A stretch of 62,166 nucleotides of DNA, from contig JAAZBP010000018.1 in the NCBI GenBank assembly GCA_012513715.1, forward strand, positions 1 to 62,166. The letters are read 5' to 3'. Position 1 is the stretch's first letter, and every line of letters begins with the position of its first letter. The translations under genes were made by a program, and so were the position numbers. Shown here in pieces: positions 58,176-62,166 of the stretch. Source of the DNA: Thermoproteota archaeon. Its GTDB lineage: Archaea; Thermoproteota; Bathyarchaeia; Bathyarchaeales; Bathycorpusculaceae. The notes below the pieces were generated by a model, which was not told the origin of the DNA, did not search any database, and saw nothing but the letters and a program-made list of their open reading frames with translations.

Positions 58176-60460
58176 AAATCAAACAATTCCTTCTGAGTAT
58201 TTTCCTCGGGGATTTTCCCCAATCTTTCCCATGTGTCTTTTTTAACAAAGCCGCCTACCTGTTCTTTAATTTTCTTTGCTAATCTTGGACCTACAGAGGG
58301 TAAACTTGTTATCTCTTCAATAGAAGCATGCTTTAAGTCATCGATTGTGCGGAAGCCTGCATTAAATATAATTCGACCCCGAACTCTACCAACCCCCTCC
58401 AAGGCTACAATCGGCAACAATTCTTTCTTTATTCCTTTCGAAACGCGTTGAATCAATTCAGTGCTTAACGTAGTTATGTCTTTGTTCTTAGCTACGACTG
58501 GAGAAAGCTCTTCTATTGCATGCAATAACCACTGCGCGTTCTCAATTGTTCTGTAAAGGTCGCCGGGTTGTACATTGAAGCGTTCGAAGAGTTTGTCTTC
58601 AGGCAATTCTTCTATCCAGTTATTGAGTACCAGTGCTGTTTTAACTTCCCCTAAGAATTCAACATAACCAATATTATCGCTCCATTGATCAGGCGGGTCA
58701 ATGAAAAGTTCCTGTTTATGGTCTTCAGCTGTGATTGTTAAGTTGTCAATTTCTCTTTGATAAGGTCGCATTATGGGGCCCATGTCGGGTGTGTGTGAAA
58801 TCAAATGAAAAAGACTAAATTCGGTTAAAATAGGCGGATTACTTTGTAAGGCATCACGTATTATTACTCCTGATAGAGGGTCAATATACAGTTCGCTAAT
58901 TCTTTTTCCAAATTTAGTTGCTAAAATGTCATCTCCGAGAACGTAAATCATTTCTTCATCATGTAAGAATCGGAGAATTTTATTTATGACACTTTTAATG
59001 GCTTTCACATCGTATTGATAAGCATAGAATGTTTTACCAAAAAATTCGTATATTCCCTGTTCTGTATGAGCAAAATCAGATGCAATAGTAGCTAATACAT
59101 GACCGCGTATTATTTTTTCTACAGCTAATCTGGACCAGATGCGCTCAGGTTTGGCTAAAACGTAGCCTTCCATAAGATAGTCAGCTTCGTCAGCTGTTTT
59201 TGCTATTAGTACTGATTCACCAAACTTGTCATATTTTGGTCTACCTGCTCTGCCAGCCATCTGTTTGTAATCTAAAACACTTATAGGGTAATTCCCTAAT
59301 CCAGCTTCAAATCGCCTATAATCTTGTATAATAACTGTTCTTGCAGGTAAATTGACGCCCCAAGCTAGTGTAGGTGTAGCAGTCAACACTTTTATTTTTC
59401 TTTCTTTAAAAGCATCTTCTATTATTTTCCGATGTGCACCAGTTAATCCTGCATGATGATAAGCAGTGGCTGAACGGACCAAGTTGGCAAGTTCTTCACT
59501 AAGCTGAGTTCTTTCACCTGCTTCAAGAATCTTTTTCGCTTCTTTCTCAAGTGTAGCTCTTGTCTGTTCTTCTAATGATTGTTTAACTATTTTTGAGCCC
59601 CTTTTTGGGACTAATACTTTATTCATGTGAATAGCTACGTTTTTTGCTGCTGCAGCAGCGTTTTTACGTGTTGAAGAAAAAATGAGGGCTTGCCCACCAT
59701 TCCTAATAGTGTCAAGAACCAAGTTTATGATAGTTAATCTAGTATCCTGTCCAATTTTTCTAGAACCGCCGTCTTTATATTGAATTTCATCTTGAAGTAT
59801 GACGCCTTCTTTAAGGTCTATTGGACGCCAACTTGTCACGATATATTTTGCGTTTAACCAACCTGCAATTTCATCCACATTGTTTATTGTAGCACTAAGC
59901 GCTAAAATTTGGATAGAAGGATTAACTTGAAGTAACCTTGCTATAACAATTTCTAAAGTTGGTCCACGTTCAGCTTCGTTCAAGAGATGAACTTCGTCTG
60001 CAATAACTGCGGATATGTTATCCATCCATTTTGCGCGGTGACGTAAAAGCGAGTCAGCCTTCTCGTTAGTAGTCACTATTATATCATAACGTTCAAGCCA
60101 GTTGGCAGCGGAATCAAAATCACCTGTACTTATACCTACAGATATTTTTGTGCCGTCAACCTTTTTTATAGAAGTGTATTTTTTAAATTCCTCAAACTTC
60201 TCACTTGCTAATGCACGTAATGGAGAAAGATAAATGACTTTTCCATTATTATCAAGTACATGTTTGAGGGCGCAGAGTTCAGCTATCAAAGTTTTACCTG
60301 AAGCAGTTGGACTAGCAAGCACTATGTTATTTCCGTCAAGCACTCCGGCGTTTAGGCAATCTTCTTGAGGAGGAAAAAGCTCTAGGATTCCATACTCTTG
60401 AAGTATTTCTTTAACGGAATCATGGATGGGTAATTCTGCAACCTTCAAATTTTTCGCCAA
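58172..60460 (-). CDS. hel308: Ski2-like SF2 DNA helicase Hel308/Hjm
   Basis: PTASGKT, DEVH, LSAT, HHAGL, TPTLAWGVNLPA, QMAGRAGRP, C-terminal HhH. Confidence 0.93.
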   Translation of the reverse strand: MAKNLKVAELPIHDSVKEILQEYGILELFPPQEDCLNAGVLDGNNIVLASPTASGKTLIAELCALKHVLDNNGKVIYLSPLRALASEKFEEFKKYTSIKKVDGTKISVGISTGDFDSAANWLERYDIIVTTNEKADSLLRHRAKWMDNISAVIADEVHLLNEAERGPTLEIVIARLLQVNPSIQILALSATINNVDEIAGWLNAKYIVTSWRPIDLKEGVILQDEIQYKDGGSRKIGQDTRLTIINLVLDTIRNGGQALIFSSTRKNAAAAAKNVAIHMNKVLVPKRGSKIVKQSLEEQTRATLEKEAKKILEAGERTQLSEELANLVRSATAYHHAGLTGAHRKIIEDAFKERKIKVLTATPTLAWGVNLPARTVIIQDYRRFEAGLGNYPISVLDYKQMAGRAGRPKYDKFGESVLIAKTADEADYLMEGYVLAKPERIWSRLAVEKIIRGHVLATIASDFAHTEQGIYEFFGKTFYAYQYDVKAIKSVINKILRFLHDEEMIYVLGDDILATKFGKRISELYIDPLSGVIIRDALQSNPPILTEFSLFHLISHTPDMGPIMRPYQREIDNLTITAEDHKQELFIDPPDQWSDNIGYVEFLGEVKTALVLNNWIEELPEDKLFERFNVQPGDLYRTIENAQWLLHAIEELSPVVAKNKDITTLSTELIQRVSKGIKKELLPIVALEGVGRVRGRIIFNAGFRTIDDLKHASIEEITSLPSVGPRLAKKIKEQVGGFVKKDTWERLGKIPEENTQKELFDF

Positions 60461-60932
60461 TTAACTATTAGTCGTCGATAGTATGGCAACGTTTGTTATT
60501 AGGGTTTTTTAGCTCTTTATGCTTTTAATATAAATTAACATTAACGAAACTTTAAGGAATATTGTTTAAAATATAATGAAAATTTACAAGAACCAATTAT
60601 ATGAAAAACAATTTGACCTCATGGTTACCCAATCAATGCCACAGCTACATTGAGTAATAGTTACTTTAATTATAAATGGATTAAAAGCTAAATCAGCATA
60701 GAAAAACACACAAAAGAGATACATACGGAATTAGCAAATTACCTAAAAAAAGTCATCGCATAATTCTAGCTGCAACTTTTTTTTAAAAAAAATGAATTAG
60801 AAATATCAATTGATAACATCACATAAAGAAGCGGGATAGCTCAAGAATACACATTTGAAGAAAGATAAACTTTAGATTAAAGGGGACTATCAAATAATAC
60901 TTAAGAAAGCAAATAGTGGCGGAAAAGTAACA

Positions 60933-62153
60933 GTGGACATTCAGAAAATAAGGCTGGACTTCCCAATTTTAAGTAGAAAAGTTAACGGTAATCAACTAAT
61001 TTACTTTGACAATGCAGCGACAACCCAGAAGCCACGCCAAGTCACAGATGCAATTACAGATTACTACAATAATCATAATGCAAATGTTCATCGTGCTGTG
61101 CATACCTTATCGATGGAGGCAACTGAAGCATACGAAGAGTCACGGGAAAAAATCAGTAATTTTATAAGTGCTAGAAATCTGAGTGAAATTGTATTCGTTA
61201 GGGGTACAACTGAAGCAATTAATCTAGTAGCCTATTCATGGGGACTAAGTAACCTCAATAAAGATGACGAAGTGCTGCTGTCTCTTATGGAACATCACAG
61301 TAACATTGTACCTTGGGAAATTATAAGAAAACATAAAGGGTTCACTATTAACTACGCAAAAATTAAACAAGATGCTACACTTGACTTTGAAGATTTTGAA
61401 AGTAAACTTTCCAAGAAAACAAAAATTGTATGCCTAAATCATGTTTCAAATATAACAGGCACTATTAATGATGTAAAACGCCTCGCCAAAGTCGCTCATG
61501 AAAATGGCTCAATAGTGCTTGTTGATGGTGCTCAGGCTGTACCACACATGAAAATTGATGTGCAAGAGTTAGATGTTGACTTTTATGCTTTTTCAGGCCA
61601 TAAAATGCTTGGGCCAACGGGTATAGGTGTTTTGTATGGCAAAAAAGAATTACTTGAAAATATGCCTCCCTTTCAAGGTGGAGGGGAAATGATAAAAGAA
61701 GTATCATACAACAAAAATAAGTGTGAAGTATCTTGGAGTGAGTTACCAGGAAAATTCGAGGCGGGAACGCCTAATATTTGTGGTGTTATAGGACTTGGAG
61801 CAGCAATAGAATATTTGAAAGGAATAGGTATGGAAGAAGTTTATGAACATGAAAAAGAACTAACAGAATACACAGTTAAACACATGAAGGAATGTGATAA
61901 AATCAAATTATACGGAACAAATGACCTATCTAAGAGATGCGGTATAATACCTTTTGGAGTTAGAGATATATCAGCTCATGATGTAGCTTTACTCTGTGAT
62001 AATTACGGAATTATGATACGTAGTGGCTACCATTGCGCACAACCGTTACATGAAATTTTAAAACTTAAGTCTTCAGCGAGAGCAAGCTTTTACATATACA
62101 ATACTCGCGAAGAAGTAGACCGCTTTATAGAAGTCCTGAAGGCGTTTAATTGA
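60933..62153 (+). CDS. sufS: Cysteine desulfurase, SufS family
   Basis: YFDNAATTQKP, EHHSN, DGAQ, FSGHKMLGPTG, FEAGTP, RSGYHCAQP. Confidence 0.95.
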   Translation: MDIQKIRLDFPILSRKVNGNQLIYFDNAATTQKPRQVTDAITDYYNNHNANVHRAVHTLSMEATEAYEESREKISNFISARNLSEIVFVRGTTEAINLVAYSWGLSNLNKDDEVLLSLMEHHSNIVPWEIIRKHKGFTINYAKIKQDATLDFEDFESKLSKKTKIVCLNHVSNITGTINDVKRLAKVAHENGSIVLVDGAQAVPHMKIDVQELDVDFYAFSGHKMLGPTGIGVLYGKKELLENMPPFQGGGEMIKEVSYNKNKCEVSWSELPGKFEAGTPNICGVIGLGAAIEYLKGIGMEEVYEHEKELTEYTVKHMKECDKIKLYGTNDLSKRCGIIPFGVRDISAHDVALLCDNYGIMIRSGYHCAQPLHEILKLKSSARASFYIYNTREEVDRFIEVLKAFN

Positions 62154-62166
62154 AATGAAAACAGTA

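Noticed and set aside
60831-60845. GCGGGATAGCTCAAG resembling a tRNA 5' end
   Set aside because: No anticodon arm, T arm or acceptor complement follows.
1910-61707. Many short antisense or overlapping ORFs in the track (for example 1910-2119, 36101-36568, 43637-44035, 50030-50611)
   Set aside because: They are shadows of well-supported genes on the opposite strand or frame and carry no recognisable motifs.
1-62166. CRISPR array, rRNA, IS element, integrase, intein or replication origin
   Set aside because: No regular repeat-spacer series, rRNA-like stretch, transposase/recombinase ORF, oversized housekeeping gene or cdc6/ORB cluster was seen by eye.

Overview
Archaeal chromosomal window, most likely from a Bathyarchaeia-type (TACK/Thermoproteota) genome. 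The assignment is inferred from the combination of r-proteins S25e/S26e, an HMf-type histone, two Alba paralogues, tetraether synthase Tes, class I LysRS, CofD and TFB/Rpo6. Most of it is housekeeping DNA: a DAP-aminotransferase lysine operon (dapA-dapB-asd-lysA-dapF-dapL), ribosomal and transcription genes, aaRS genes, tRNA-Glu(TTC), tRNA-Arg(GCG), thermosome, Hel308, SufS, purB and pyrC. The main exception is a ~6.1 kb island with no recognisable integrase (36594-42719). It is bounded by a 107/106-bp direct repeat of the 3' end of a TrpY-like regulator gene. The island encodes a secreted rhodanese / pro-region / Cys-rich (halocin C8-like) / beta-domain fusion protein, a membrane-anchored winged-helix regulator, a surface protein and several pseudogenes. 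Three of its promoter regions share a TTGAC-N10-GTC(A/T)A palindrome, and a fourth has an N11 variant. This suggests an undescribed one-component-regulated archaeal antagonism or envelope module (inference). Smaller observations: TRP-box-like sites between trpB2 and trpY, a CTG-initiated S17e, an L40e gene missed by the ORF track, a C55 tRNA-Glu, palindromes upstream of the lysine operon, and a leader hairpin before alba. All product calls come from motif recognition, not database searches.
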